Below, one piece after another: positions 17,901 through 29,507 of a stretch of 64,000 bases of DNA (its first letter is position 1; each line of letters begins with the position of its first letter). The stretch is from assembly GCA_030141605.1 (NCBI GenBank), contig JAQGDQ010000760.1:36838-100837 (forward strand). The letters are read 5' to 3'. Both the position numbers and the translations under genes were made by a program. A model generated the notes under the pieces. It was given only the letters and a program-made list of their open reading frames with translations, was not told the DNA's origin and did not search any database. Source of the stretch: Tubiluchus corallicola (Eukaryota > Animalia > Priapulida).

Positions 17901-20900
17901 TTCGCATTGAGACAAAAATCAATAATATCTCAGACAGAAATAATTTTTTTGAAAAACGAATACTAGTGGCTGCCCTCCAGGGTATGTCGGTCAAGACAGT
18001 ATATAAAAAATTTGGGTAGGCGTGACATGGTTGTCAAACTAACAGTGCATTCTACTTTCTTGACTGTCCTTCCTGCTGCTCTGTGCATTTTTTGCACTGC
18101 TTAATCTCTGTACATATATTTGTATACTAATTATATCTACCTCCAACTTGGTCTTGTTACGCTTGTTTTGGGCTTTAATAGGGCTTTATTTGCATATATT
18201 GTTTTACGGACTGTAGTGTAAGTATTATACCACATCTTATAGTGTATTATAGATTGGTAAAGTGAAGATTTGTGTGTGAAAGGTACAGATCTATTGTAGG
18301 TCACTTAGCTGACCTAATAACTTCACTTAAAAGCATGATAATAAAAATATAGTACAGTAAGAACATACTTGCTGTCTTTTTGACAAATGTTTCTGTTTAA
18401 TAATGACTTTTTGATCTTGCTTATTCATACTGCAATGTCATGTTCTAAATTAAATCTCGTAAAATAAATCTGCCATATTTATGAGTTTTAAACGAAGTCA
18501 AAAATTCCGGAAATGCATTCAGCTCACTGTATTCTAAGTGCATTGTTGTGAAATTTCGTCATTTTGTTTAGTCCCTCTTGGCTCTTACTTTGACTTATGA
18601 CTTACTTTCAGCCATGCACCCTGGTGCCCAGCTTGTAAATCACTCGAGACCACTTGGCAGGAGTTTTCCACCTGGAGCAAAGACTTGGATATCAATGTTG
18701 CACAAGTAGACGTGACAGAAAATCCGGGACTCAGCGGCCGATTTGTGGTCACTGCTTTGCCTACTATATTCCAGTAAGTACCACTAAATGTATATCTTAC
18801 CTACATAAAATATAAATCATGTTGCGTTTATGTGATAGCACTTTTTGGCATTTCAGTGTCAGGACCAGTATTGACACCTACACAAATACATATAGATACA
18901 TATACATATACATATTTTTAATTGTTAGTGATATTTACGCAGGACTAGACAATCATCAATATTTTTTACTTTTTCCTGCACTAACATGCATGACCAAACT
19001 TTCCAAATGGACCGGAAAACAGTGTATCCAGAAGGGTCTATATCTTTGGGTATTTTCGAAAAACTTATGAGGTTTGCAGTAGATAATGTTTTGCAAATGC
19101 TAAAAAAGTACCTAGCTTAAGATATTGTATTTCTCAAAAAAATTAAGAAAATGATTTTTAAGAATGTAATTTTTTGAGACCCAGACAGATCGTCTTTTTT
19201 TCAATTATGATGGCATTATTTAATATGTTAACTATTGTAACTAAGCAGCAGCTTGAACTATTTGCTTATAAACTAGCTTTTGTATTAAAAGAAAGACATG
19301 CACCGCATTTGTTGATTACCATTATCTATTATTTGTGCAACGACAAAATTTATCATTTTATTTTACTGGTAAAAACTATAATTTGCTATAAATACTGCAA
19401 ATGCACAGTTTAATGGACATACAAGTACCTTAGACATTATTTTTATATTATAGTGTGAAAGATGGTGTGTTTCGTCAGTACACAGGCTCCAGAGATAAAA
19501 ATGAGCTCATGTCTTTTATTGAAGACAAGAAGTGGAGTAAAATTGACAGCGTGCCAACGTGGAAGCGGCCTGATTCGCTGCAGTATGTCTCGTTCATTAA
19601 ATTTTCCATTTTTTATTTATTTGAAGACTGGGCATTTATTTCACTGTTTTATTTCTTTTTTCCTGCTGTTTGTTGTACTAGTGGTAGTAATGATTCGTAG
19701 ATTCATGTTTCTTATCGTTCACAATATATTTTTTAAACTTTTAATCTATTAATTTTAGGGTTAACTGTCATGTTTAATCACATAAATAAGCCCTTTTTTA
19801 TATTTGCTCTAATTTTCAATAATATGACCAGTTACTATTTGTAGTCATCTATTTTTGTATCTACAGTATGGGTGCTCTTGGCTGGTTCTTCCGGTTGTCT
19901 ATGTTTTTACGAGTAAGTAATTTGTTACGTTCTTCAGATATTAGAGTTTTCAATATTTTCTGCAAAATTTTAACTGAGCTGCATGTGTATTAGTTAGCAA
20001 ATGATGTTTGCAGCATAAACAAATTATAGTAGTAATTACATTGCAAATTTTGTTGAAAGTTTTCAGAAAACGAAAGAGAATAGAATGTACAGCTCGGTTG
20101 ATATGTGACCAAAGCAAATAGAGTGGAAATGATTAAGATCATATCCAATGCTGCCAAGATAGTTTGTTATATTGTATGACGCTAAGTTGTAATTTGCATT
20201 TTCTACAAAACAATGCTTCATCTCTTATTTACGTCTTGCATTACTAGGCAACTCACCAAACAATGATGGATGACTATGGTTTACCATACTGGGGATCCTA
20301 CCTCGTGTTTGCTATTGTCACAATAATTGTCGGTTCACTATTGGGACTGGTATGCTTACTAGACTGTTGTTATTTATTCTGTTTACTGGCTCATTAATAG
20401 CAGACAACAAGATATGAGATACGATTTACAAATTATATTGTACAAACATTGGAAGGCCGATAGTCCAGTATTCAGATTTATATGCAGAAACTGGGCCATA
20501 GGTGCAAATATACATATTGGATAATTTGGTATAAAGACTCCTATCTCTTTCTCTTGCTCTTGCTCTCTCTTTCTCTCACTCTCTCACCCTCTCACACACA
20601 TTCTCTCCCTTTCTCTCACTCTCTCCGTCTCTCTAACAAAGACTCAAACTAATCAGAAATATGGCCTTCTCCATTATCTTCTGCACATGTTTGCTGTATT
20701 CACATTCTGTGTTGCTTATTTTTCAACTGAATAAATGAAAAATCTTAGTATTTTGCTCTAATTGGCCTTATCTCCAGCACAGTTATAGGTAATTTCCATA
20801 TAATCACATAATTACTGCATCAGGTAGTGTACTTGTACATGTCATTATATATATCAACTTTATTTGTTTTAAAAAAAATGTTTTTCTGTAGATGATTGTA

Positions 20901-21936
20901 TGCTGCATTGACTGTATATTTCCTGTCTCCAAGACGACAAAAGGATCAGATGTAGCACATAAAAAAGATGATGATGTTAAAGATAGAGGAGCTCCTGCAA
21001 GTGAGTCATCAGAGGTAAATATTTTAGATATTTTTGCTAAAGCCAAAATAGCCAACACAGAATTTCGAGGAGCATGAAATACACTAGTATTTAAGTCATT
21101 ACAGGCTCTTTGCAGCAGCCTGTTAGCTTTGTTTGATGCTTAGTGTTGGATCAATTTATAATACTTGAATGATGCTGTTAGTCATTTGTGTCAGCACGTT
21201 TTTGTTCTTTTTAAAGCAATGTTTACAAGACTTGCATGCATGAGTGTAACAAGTTGATACTACTATTAGTATCAAGTTTTCCCTTTTTACTCTAGGTCTA
21301 TTATAAACTTATCACACAGGCAACTGTGTTAATGGTGTAGAATTAGTGCTATTTGTGACTACCTGCACTTTTGCAACTTTAGCTACTATTGTATGCCTTA
21401 TAATGCAACAGCAGGTGCTGGTTCTTGTATTGTTAATACAAATATAGTATCACTACGAAAAATATCACTTTGAAGACAAAACTTTGAAAATACAGAAAAT
21501 GTTTCGCTCAATTCGTAAAAATTTAACTTGCACTTTTTTCCAGTGTGTTGTATTTCTTAACTTATCCTCAATTATCGCTGCACCATGCATTCAGTAGTGT
21601 CCGTGCCGAACCATTTTTCAAATACTTTCCAAAATTCTCTAACTTTATTAAACTTATTCATCAGGCTTATTAAGTTTAAGTTTGATTTATTTTTAAATTG
21701 TTGATCGTGCTAAAACTAAATCGAGTAAATCAGAATTTTATTTAAATGCTTAATAAAATCGCATGGCAGAGTCAAATGGAGTTTGTTAATCTTGCTCTTT
21801 TCATCATTTGCAGGAGGCTGACGATGAGGAAGATGACAAAGAGAAAAGTGGAGATGATGATGCAGGTGATGGACTCAGCCGAACAGACAGATCATCACCA
21901 CGCCAAAGGAAAAACAAACCGAAAAGGGACGACTGA
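14957..21936 (+). CDS. TMX1: Thioredoxin-related transmembrane protein 1, 7 exons
   Basis: Exons 14957-15108, 18612-18773 (APWCPACK...PGLSGRFVVTALPTIF), 19454-19582 (VKDGVFRQY), 19867-19912, 20248-20349, 20892-21014, 21814-21936. Signal peptide, CPAC active site, transmembrane helix, acidic tail ending RQRKNKPKRDD*. Confidence 0.93.
15140..16075 (+). mobile_element. Decayed LINE ORF2 3' end (CR1/L2-group) in TMX1 intron 1
   Basis: HLTRMRMGCSLLAAHMYGNHIV...CRCGALEDPCHCFLECPLY (CCHC-type knuckle) at ~15455-15590, then NILLFGN...FIIHTKRF*. Boundaries are approximate. Confidence 0.8.
16526..16812. mobile_element. hAT-like MITE followed by a (TA)n microsatellite (16813-16905)
   Basis: Left end taggcccgtaacgatgcatc; the right end reverse-complements to taggctgtgacgatacatc. 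Confidence 0.55.
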
Positions 21937-24646
21937 ATCAATTTAAGTTTTCCTCATCTTTTGTACCTGTATCGGTCACCTGTACAAGACACAGTTTATA
22001 ATGCGTAGATGGCGCCGTCTTTTTAGTGTCATGCACTACTAATTTATTCCCAAGAGTAAACCCGAGGCTTGGTTTTGTTTCTTGATGTTAATATTATCAA
22101 GAGTTTGCTACTAAACTAAACGTGAAATATCTCAACTTCTAACACATTCAGTAGTTTTGAAACCAAAGGTGATTTCTTATATATGTATATATATATATAA
22201 GACATCTAAATAAAAATTATTATAAACTTTCAAATAAGTGTTTCCTTGTTACCAATTGAAAAATCTGCCAGTTGAAAGACTACAGAATTTTTTATTTCCC
22301 AACATTTTTGATTTAATTGTGGGTAAAATGCAAATGCGATATCTGTGAATTGTGTGGTAACTGTGTTTTTATAAATTATTGTCATCATTGTTCATTTGTA
22401 AATAATAGCAGCTGGCAGTAAGTACATTCGATGTGATTTTTTTTAATAAATTACTTTTTCATTCCATTCTTTCATCCTTTAAAAATAAAAATGAACATTC
22501 TTTTGTGCAAATACTTTTTTGTTTTCTAGTAGACCTTTGGTAAAGCAAATTAACAAGATTTTTTTTTGTGCATCATGCAAAAACATTTCCAAACTTCTAC
22601 TAAACTATTTCCAATAACCATAATAATTATGTAACAAAGAAAACTTTTATGCAGGGTTCCCTGAGCTTGAATCAGTGTCCTGGAAACACAAAATGTGTGT
22701 ATAGTGACATTAGGCCTCTTTTGAGCCACAGCATCTTTTAGACTGGCAAACATGGATTGCTGATGGTTTCATTTTCATGTGATTAAACGTCAATTTTGCA
22801 TAATGTGCTGTGATTTTTTTTAGTTTAATTGTGGTTTTTGTAGACAAGTTTTGCTTTTGTTTGTTAAATCATAAGGTTGAAACTGTGAATACAGAAACTT
22901 TAGTCTTTGCTGCTTACTAACATTAATTGCCCAGTTTTTCAGACTAAAGTAACCAAGGTTACAAAAATTTTAGGCATACCTTTATTTACCTCTGTGTGCG
23001 TTTTAATTGGTTAGATTGTTAGTGTCAACAGAAGTTAGAGTTAATGCTTGTGTAATGAAGTTCGTTATTACAGCAAAGTAAGTTACACAAGCAAGCTTTT
23101 AACAAAGATGACAGATGATCTAATTTTTGCTTTTCTGTTATTCTATGATATCGCGCTTTATGCGCCTCAGTCGCACCTGCATAATTAGCATAGACTAGGT
23201 GGAGCATTGCATTAAGTATATTATAGAATATATGCTATTTATCACAAACAGCACTTTACATTATTCTAGCCATGGTAACACAATATATTTGCGTATTTAT
23301 AAATAATTTTTTCCTAGGTAGATGTTTTGGAAAAGTTTGCTAGCATTGTTTTTCATGTCTTCCAGTCAATGGCTACCCAATCATAATGATGTCCATGTAC
23401 TTAGGATTGCCAGAAAGTTTTACTAGAAACTTTGCTTGTAGATATTTTTTGAAATTGTTGGAGTGTTTTGATTTTGTTTATATTGGAAATGTATGTCGAG
23501 GAAGCATGGCATGAGCAATTGAGCATAGCTGTGAGCCTTGTGTCTTGGGCCAAGGCGAATAATTGAGTGGTTACTGTATAGCAACCGAAATTAAGCAATG
23601 CCAAGCCTGGTCCTTAAACGATGGACAACCATTGAATTCAATGCAGACTGTGGGAATTTCCATCGTTCACTATTAGGGGTCTTTACTTCATTTAGAGAAG
23701 AATCAGTCGCCTCTGAATATGTCCGAGTCATGTCTGCCCATCCACTAGTGGCTGATCTTAGAAGAATCAGAATTGTATAAAAAACAACACTGCTTGCTGT
23801 CAACAACTTTCAGTCACCTGTGTGTGTACCCCATAAACAGCAAGTAGCAGCGTGTCAAACTTGTAATATTATAATCGCATTAAGAAGGTTTGTCAACTTG
23901 TTTGTATGAAAAATGAACAGGTGATTATTGTGAAAGGTTTTCTCCTTAGACGATATTCAGTGAATAGATATTACTCTGGCATCATTAGCGTAGTGTGGCA
24001 TTTCAGATAATTTGCACTGATTTAATAGTCATGATTTTTTGAATGAGTTTCTGTTGTTGTTATGAATCAGAAGATTTGTGCTGCCTAATAATCTGCAATA
24101 CTGTGTATAGTTTGAGTAAGAAGAAGCTCAGAGCTCTGCCAAGCTATTAGACATTTCGATCAAACTGTTCTGCCTTGTGGATAATAGGGTCATTGTTACA
24201 AAATTGTCAAAATTATTATTCCTTGTCTGACAGCCTACCATAATATCATTGCTTATTGATTATTATTTTTGTACATAACTCTGGGTGGTGGAAATTGTTT
24301 CTTGTAAATGTAAAAATATGTTTGTAAATTAAGTAAATCAATAAAACAATGTTTGGTAATTGTTATTACAGTATTTTTATGATATGCTGTTTTTTGTTAC
24401 AGAAGCTGCAATTACAGTCATTACTTTTTCATAAAATCAGTTGCGTACGCATAATTTACCTATACAAGTGCATTCACATTGCAACTAAAATTCATAAGTT
24501 GCTACAGTGCAATTCGTGCAGGATGCATATTTGCTACGATACTTAGAGCATCAGCACATTTACTTAAGTTAGACAAGTCATTTTGTGTAATGTTGAATTT
24601 TTCATGCAGAAAAAATTGGCAACAGTTTACTCAAAACTTATGAAAA

Positions 24647-26161
24647 CTAAAACCGCCTTCGCATTACAATATGATACGGTTTTGCTTCTATCACAAGAGG
24701 TTGTTGTTTGGGCTCAAGGTCAGCGTGTTCGTCCTGTGGTAGGGATAGATTATATCTCTGCAGAAAACAAGCAAAGACAACGAAGATATTCACCTTGGCA
24801 ATACTTTCACCCAGGCACACCCGCCGCCCTGCAGAGAATGGCATGAAACTTGGAATTTTTGTCTTAATTTTACCCTCCTCATTTAAGAACCGCTCTGGTT
24901 TAAATACTTCCGGTTCTTCCCAATTGTTCGGATCGAAATGCAGACTGTATGTATTTACCATTACCATGGTATCTTTTGGAATCGCATAACCACCAACTGA
25001 TGTATCCACCGTCGTAGTGTGTGGAGGAATCATTGCTACCAATGGTTTAATTCGCATAACTTCGTGAATTACTGCATCACAGTACGATAAGCGTAGTTTG
25101 TCTTTATCATAGTCGGGTAGTCTTTCTTGGCCAATAACTTTGTCTAGTTCATCTTGCACTTTTTCCTGAACCTCTGGATAAGCAGCCATTAATAAAAATG
25201 CCCACAGCAAAGTCAATGACGTTGTGTCTGTTCCAGCAAAAAATACATCTGTGCAGATTTGGGTAAGATGTGTGTCAGTCAATTCTTCCACTTCTTCCTT
25301 TGAGGCTTCCTCTCTGGCTAAAAGCAAATCATCACAAATGTCCCTGGGGTTATCCTTGTTAAAGGTTTTCACATGTTCATGAAATTTGGCATAACCATAT
25401 TCAAGAAAGTATTTCGTTAAGTCTAAAAATTCCTTTTGCGCGGCTGTCCGAGGGAAGTACCGCAGAAATGGTATGTAATCTGGGGCAAAACCAGCAGCAA
25501 CAAGTGTGTTTATTCTGTCTGTTGAATACCGCAGTTTTTTGAACTGTGTATCGGAAAAGTCAAAACATTTACCGTAGGTCATATTATGAATAATATTGTA
25601 CATGGTATTATATATATATTCTCTTGGGTTAAACTTTTTTTCTTCGAGACTGTCTATGATAGTTGCAATGTTATTGAAACTACTGTGAATTCTTTGAACC
25701 AGTACATCTCTAGAAGCAAAGTGTCTAAACGCGCTATAGCCGAGCTTCCTTTGAACCTGCCAGGTTTTGGTAAAAGTGGAACCTAAGATATTCTTGTAAC
25801 CGTCTGTAAATTGCTCAACCGTCCACGCTTCTGGTCGCCCAGCGAAATCGTTTTGCTTCTTAACAAAAGCTTCTAACGCTTCTTCCACACGATTAATGAT
25901 GATTGTCGTCCGATTTCCAAAATCCAGTGAAATAACAGGTCCATGCTGTTCTGCCAACTGTCGACAATACTTGTAAAGAGGAGTTTTGAAAGAATGAAAG
26001 TAGACCTGTGGAATGTTGCCCACCAAAGGGAAGCTGAACAATCCAGGTGCGAGCTTTTTCTTTTGTCTTTGGTAATAAAAGAAACACAGTGTTACGAGCA
26101 GAGCCAACCACACTCTAGTATCGCCAAAAATAAAACTAGTTGCAGAACTTATTGCTGACAT
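24647..26161 (-). CDS. Cytochrome P450, CYP2 clan (CYP17/CYP1/CYP2-like), intronless CDS, copy A
   Basis: 504-aa ORF with an N-terminal anchor, PG..FPLVGN hinge, W..QRK C-helix, AGTDTT I-helix, EVMR K-helix, PERF and heme motif FSAGRRVCLGE. Confidence 0.96.
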   Translation of the reverse strand: MSAISSATSFIFGDTRVWLALLVTLCFFYYQRQKKKLAPGLFSFPLVGNIPQVYFHSFKTPLYKYCRQLAEQHGPVISLDFGNRTTIIINRVEEALEAFVKKQNDFAGRPEAWTVEQFTDGYKNILGSTFTKTWQVQRKLGYSAFRHFASRDVLVQRIHSSFNNIATIIDSLEEKKFNPREYIYNTMYNIIHNMTYGKCFDFSDTQFKKLRYSTDRINTLVAAGFAPDYIPFLRYFPRTAAQKEFLDLTKYFLEYGYAKFHEHVKTFNKDNPRDICDDLLLAREEASKEEVEELTDTHLTQICTDVFFAGTDTTSLTLLWAFLLMAAYPEVQEKVQDELDKVIGQERLPDYDKDKLRLSYCDAVIHEVMRIKPLVAMIPPHTTTVDTSVGGYAIPKDTMVMVNTYSLHFDPNNWEEPEVFKPERFLNEEGKIKTKIPSFMPFSAGRRVCLGESIAKVNIFVVFACFLQRYNLSLPQDEHADLEPKQQPLVIEAKPYHIVMRRRF

Positions 26162-26336
26162 GCTGAAAGATTTTTAACAAGCAAGAGCACACTGTTGAAA
26201 TCAAGAGGTATTTCTACTATTAAACTTCGTGAAAACTGCAAAATGCCTTGTTTCACTGTACCGTGTATCTTTGCCTAACAGTGATGCAATAGGATGACTC
26301 AGCAGTTATTATCCCAAGCTGCTTGAGAAGCAAGTA

Positions 26337-26675
26337 CCGTAACTACAGCCATAGAACCCAAAGTTCAAACAGGTGAGAATAAATATATGCTCGCTGAACA
26401 GAAAAACAAACTCTTAGCTTTTTATCAAGGTCTGTGCCAAAATATAGGTGACTTTTAAGCGCGGCCATTTGGGCACGATCGAGGCATATTTGGGCACAGG
26501 GAAACTTGGACAGTACACGAGGTATGTTAGGGCAAACGGACACTTGTACACGAGATATTGATACGTTCGTAACTAATTTTTGTCTATTAAATTTTTAAAA
26601 ACTCGCGATTTTCCTAACTTTCACTACACTTAAGAATCATCGCTTCACTAAATTACGCATATGCGGTAATTACGG
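26337..26675. mobile_element. Tc1/pogo-type MITE just upstream of CYP copy A
   Basis: TA|ccgtaactacagc ... gcggtaattacgg|TA: imperfect terminal inverted repeats with TA flanks; internal tttgggcac repeats. Confidence 0.55.
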
Positions 26676-27604
26676 TAACAATTAAAAACACTCGGTTGAC
26701 TCGATCGATCTACAGTTAATGTTATTAGCGAATTCATGAAATGTGACAGCATTATATTTCAGAAATGTCAAATGCATCACAAAAACAGTAAAAACAGAAA
26801 TTAATTCGTGTCACAAACAATATTCACCAAAATTTAGTGTCAGTACATTTGCAATAATTTAACTAGTATTATCACAATACTGTATTCACTAAACGCTTCG
26901 GCTGCTTTAATAATGCGTTGCTTACAGTTCATAAGTTGCTTATACTCACGAAAATCATATTTTTTTCTTACAAAACTTTAGACAAGGATCTTATCCCCAC
27001 TAAAACCAACATTTATTTGCCGTCGCTCATTTAATAGACAACATTAGCACTAATGGCTATTACACTTAGAACAATACATAGGCTATATATTAGATAAAGT
27101 GCAACACACAAAATTAACGAAAATGATATGTAGGTTATATGCCCTGACGTTGGTGGTCACTACAGACTCTTTTTCTTTTTGTCTTCTTGTCTTCTTTTGC
27201 TGTTGTTTTCCTTCCATTTTTGCAATTTCTTTTTGTTTCCCTTTTGCTACCCGATTTTTTTTCTTCTCCTTAATTTTCTTTCTTCTTCCCTTTTTTTACA
27301 TGTAAAACACCATAATTTTTTGCGACAGCTTTTTCATCACTATTATTCTTTTTTGTTTTTCCTTTCTTTTCGATCAGTACTTCGTAATAGGACGTTGACT
27401 TTTAAAAGCATTTCTAATTGCAGTAAGTAGCCATGCAGGCCCTCCTTTTTTCCAAAAGCTACTTACACTTTACACAACCACAAACTATTATGTAACATTA
27501 TTAATTTTTAAATTTTTATGGCCATAATAATTAATGAAGTCAAATAAATAAATTAGGTGAAATGGCACTCGAACTCTATATAACTCGAGCACACTCTACT
27601 AGAA

Positions 27605-28328
27605 CAGGGTTGCCGTTTATACTATAATTATCAGAATACACGTAATTTGAGGTTTAATTTATACCGTACAAAAAGACAGTAATCGATAATAATTATATAT
27701 GTAGGATCATTTAAATACAAAACAAAAAACGGAAGTTTGAAAACAAATAAACTTTAATTTTATTAATATTGTAGTCTGCAGCATGCTGGTCGCAGTATAT
27801 AGTGGGCACTCACAGTTTTTTGAAAAAAAGCATTAACTTCAAAAAAGAATGTTCATGATAATTATTACGTTAAATTATGATGTATTATATGCTTGTTTTG
27901 CTAATAATTTAACATCCACTTCTTGCCTTCGATCTGCATCACTTTATCTAATGTAACTGTTATTGAAAATGTCATTATAATTATCTAGCTACATTGTTTT
28001 CATGTATTCTGTTGAATTTTTGAACCATAATATTGTGCTGAAAAATTAATGACGACGGCTTGATTCTACACGAGTACAAATTAACGAAGAACATTTTATT
28101 GCGTTATATAGAACATAAAAATAAATGATCATTTTTTACACTTGTTAATGCCACTTTTTGGCATTATTGTAATGTACTTATTAAGTGCATATTAGTAAAG
28201 CAATAATTTGCGGCGATTATGCAATAATTTTAGATTTTGGGCGAAAGTACGATAATTTGACGAGAAACATGATAATTTTTAGCCCCCAATACGAAAATTA
28301 ATCAACATCATACGAAACGGCAACCCTG
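27605..28328. mobile_element. hAT-like MITE
   Basis: Perfect 14-bp terminal inverted repeat cagggttgccgttt / aaacggcaaccctg; AT-rich non-coding interior; no matching 8-bp TSD visible. Confidence 0.7.
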
Positions 28329-29507
28329 GTTCAAAGTCAGACCATGAGAGCACGTGAACTCGTAGTAGTAATTCATAAGCTTTGCTCTGGGTCAGACTCG
28401 CCAGTAGAGAACTGGTGTAGATATAGTTCACTTAGTTCAGTGCGTGGACAACGTGGTTCGCCATGGTTGGACTCATTTAGTCACTAGTAGACTGAGTAAA
28501 CTTACTAAGTGTTATTGAGTTTGATGGTTCAGCGAGACAAGGTCGTTCACTCGGCGGCAAGTTCTCCGCATATGATTCTACGTCAGTCGCTACTGGGTTA
28601 GTGAGTGAAAAAATGTTGACAGGGTGAGCTGTTTAAAATGAAATAAATCTAAGGAAAAAACAAATTATAACTAATGTACATTTCTAATACAGATCAGTCA
28701 GACATGTTCATTATAAACTCATATGTTATAATAGTCAGAATTTTTCAAAATATAAATAAAAAAATCAAAAGAATTATAAAGCTAAAACTATCTTTTAAGA
28801 GGATATGCATCATGTCACATTGCAAAACACATAGCATAGTGAAAGCTTTAAATCTATGAAAAGGCTTATTAAAAATGCGTAAAAAAGGTATTTATATACA
28901 ACACTTATTGGAGTCTACACAGAGCTAAAAGACCTTAAGGCAGCATTTAAATAAACATTTGGGCGCAATGATTGTCAAGGTCATAATAACAGCAGTTGCA
29001 ATCTGTGTGTTAAATATTAAAGTTATGTAGCAACCTTACATCATGTATAGTGTATGATTAATGAGAATGTCAGATATCCAGTTTATCTGTTGTGCATGTG
29101 AAAGTGGCATAATAATCTGCAGCATCATTTTAACTAGTCTACTGGAGAGTAATATAGGCCCATGGCTGATAAGTTTTCCCTTGGACTTTATTGACTTTTT
29201 TACTCACAAAAAATATGGAATTCTTGTTTTCAAAATTTTCAGCTGTAAAAATACTGTCAGGTGCACGTTCAGCAATATCTAAACATTAGAAATATTTTAG
29301 CATTCATAAAAAATAATGATGATATTGTAATAGAGTTTACATAAATTTCTAATTTCAGATGAACATTGCCATAATGTCAAGTGGTGATGGTTTAAATAAG
29401 GTGTGAAATTGCATCTATTTGCTGACGAGAACTGATGCCAGTATATATGACTAGTTAAAAGTAATAGTGTTACTGTGGTATTGGCTTTAAAATTTTGGAA
29501 AACAGTT

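Noticed and set aside
23401-23806. 71-aa minus-strand ORF with a hydrophobic N-terminus, and nearby ORFs
   Set aside because: Non-ATG start, no splice or motif support; probably TMX1 3' UTR or spacer.
24583-26158. Short ORFs overlapping CYP-A on either strand
   Set aside because: Shadows of the P450 CDS.
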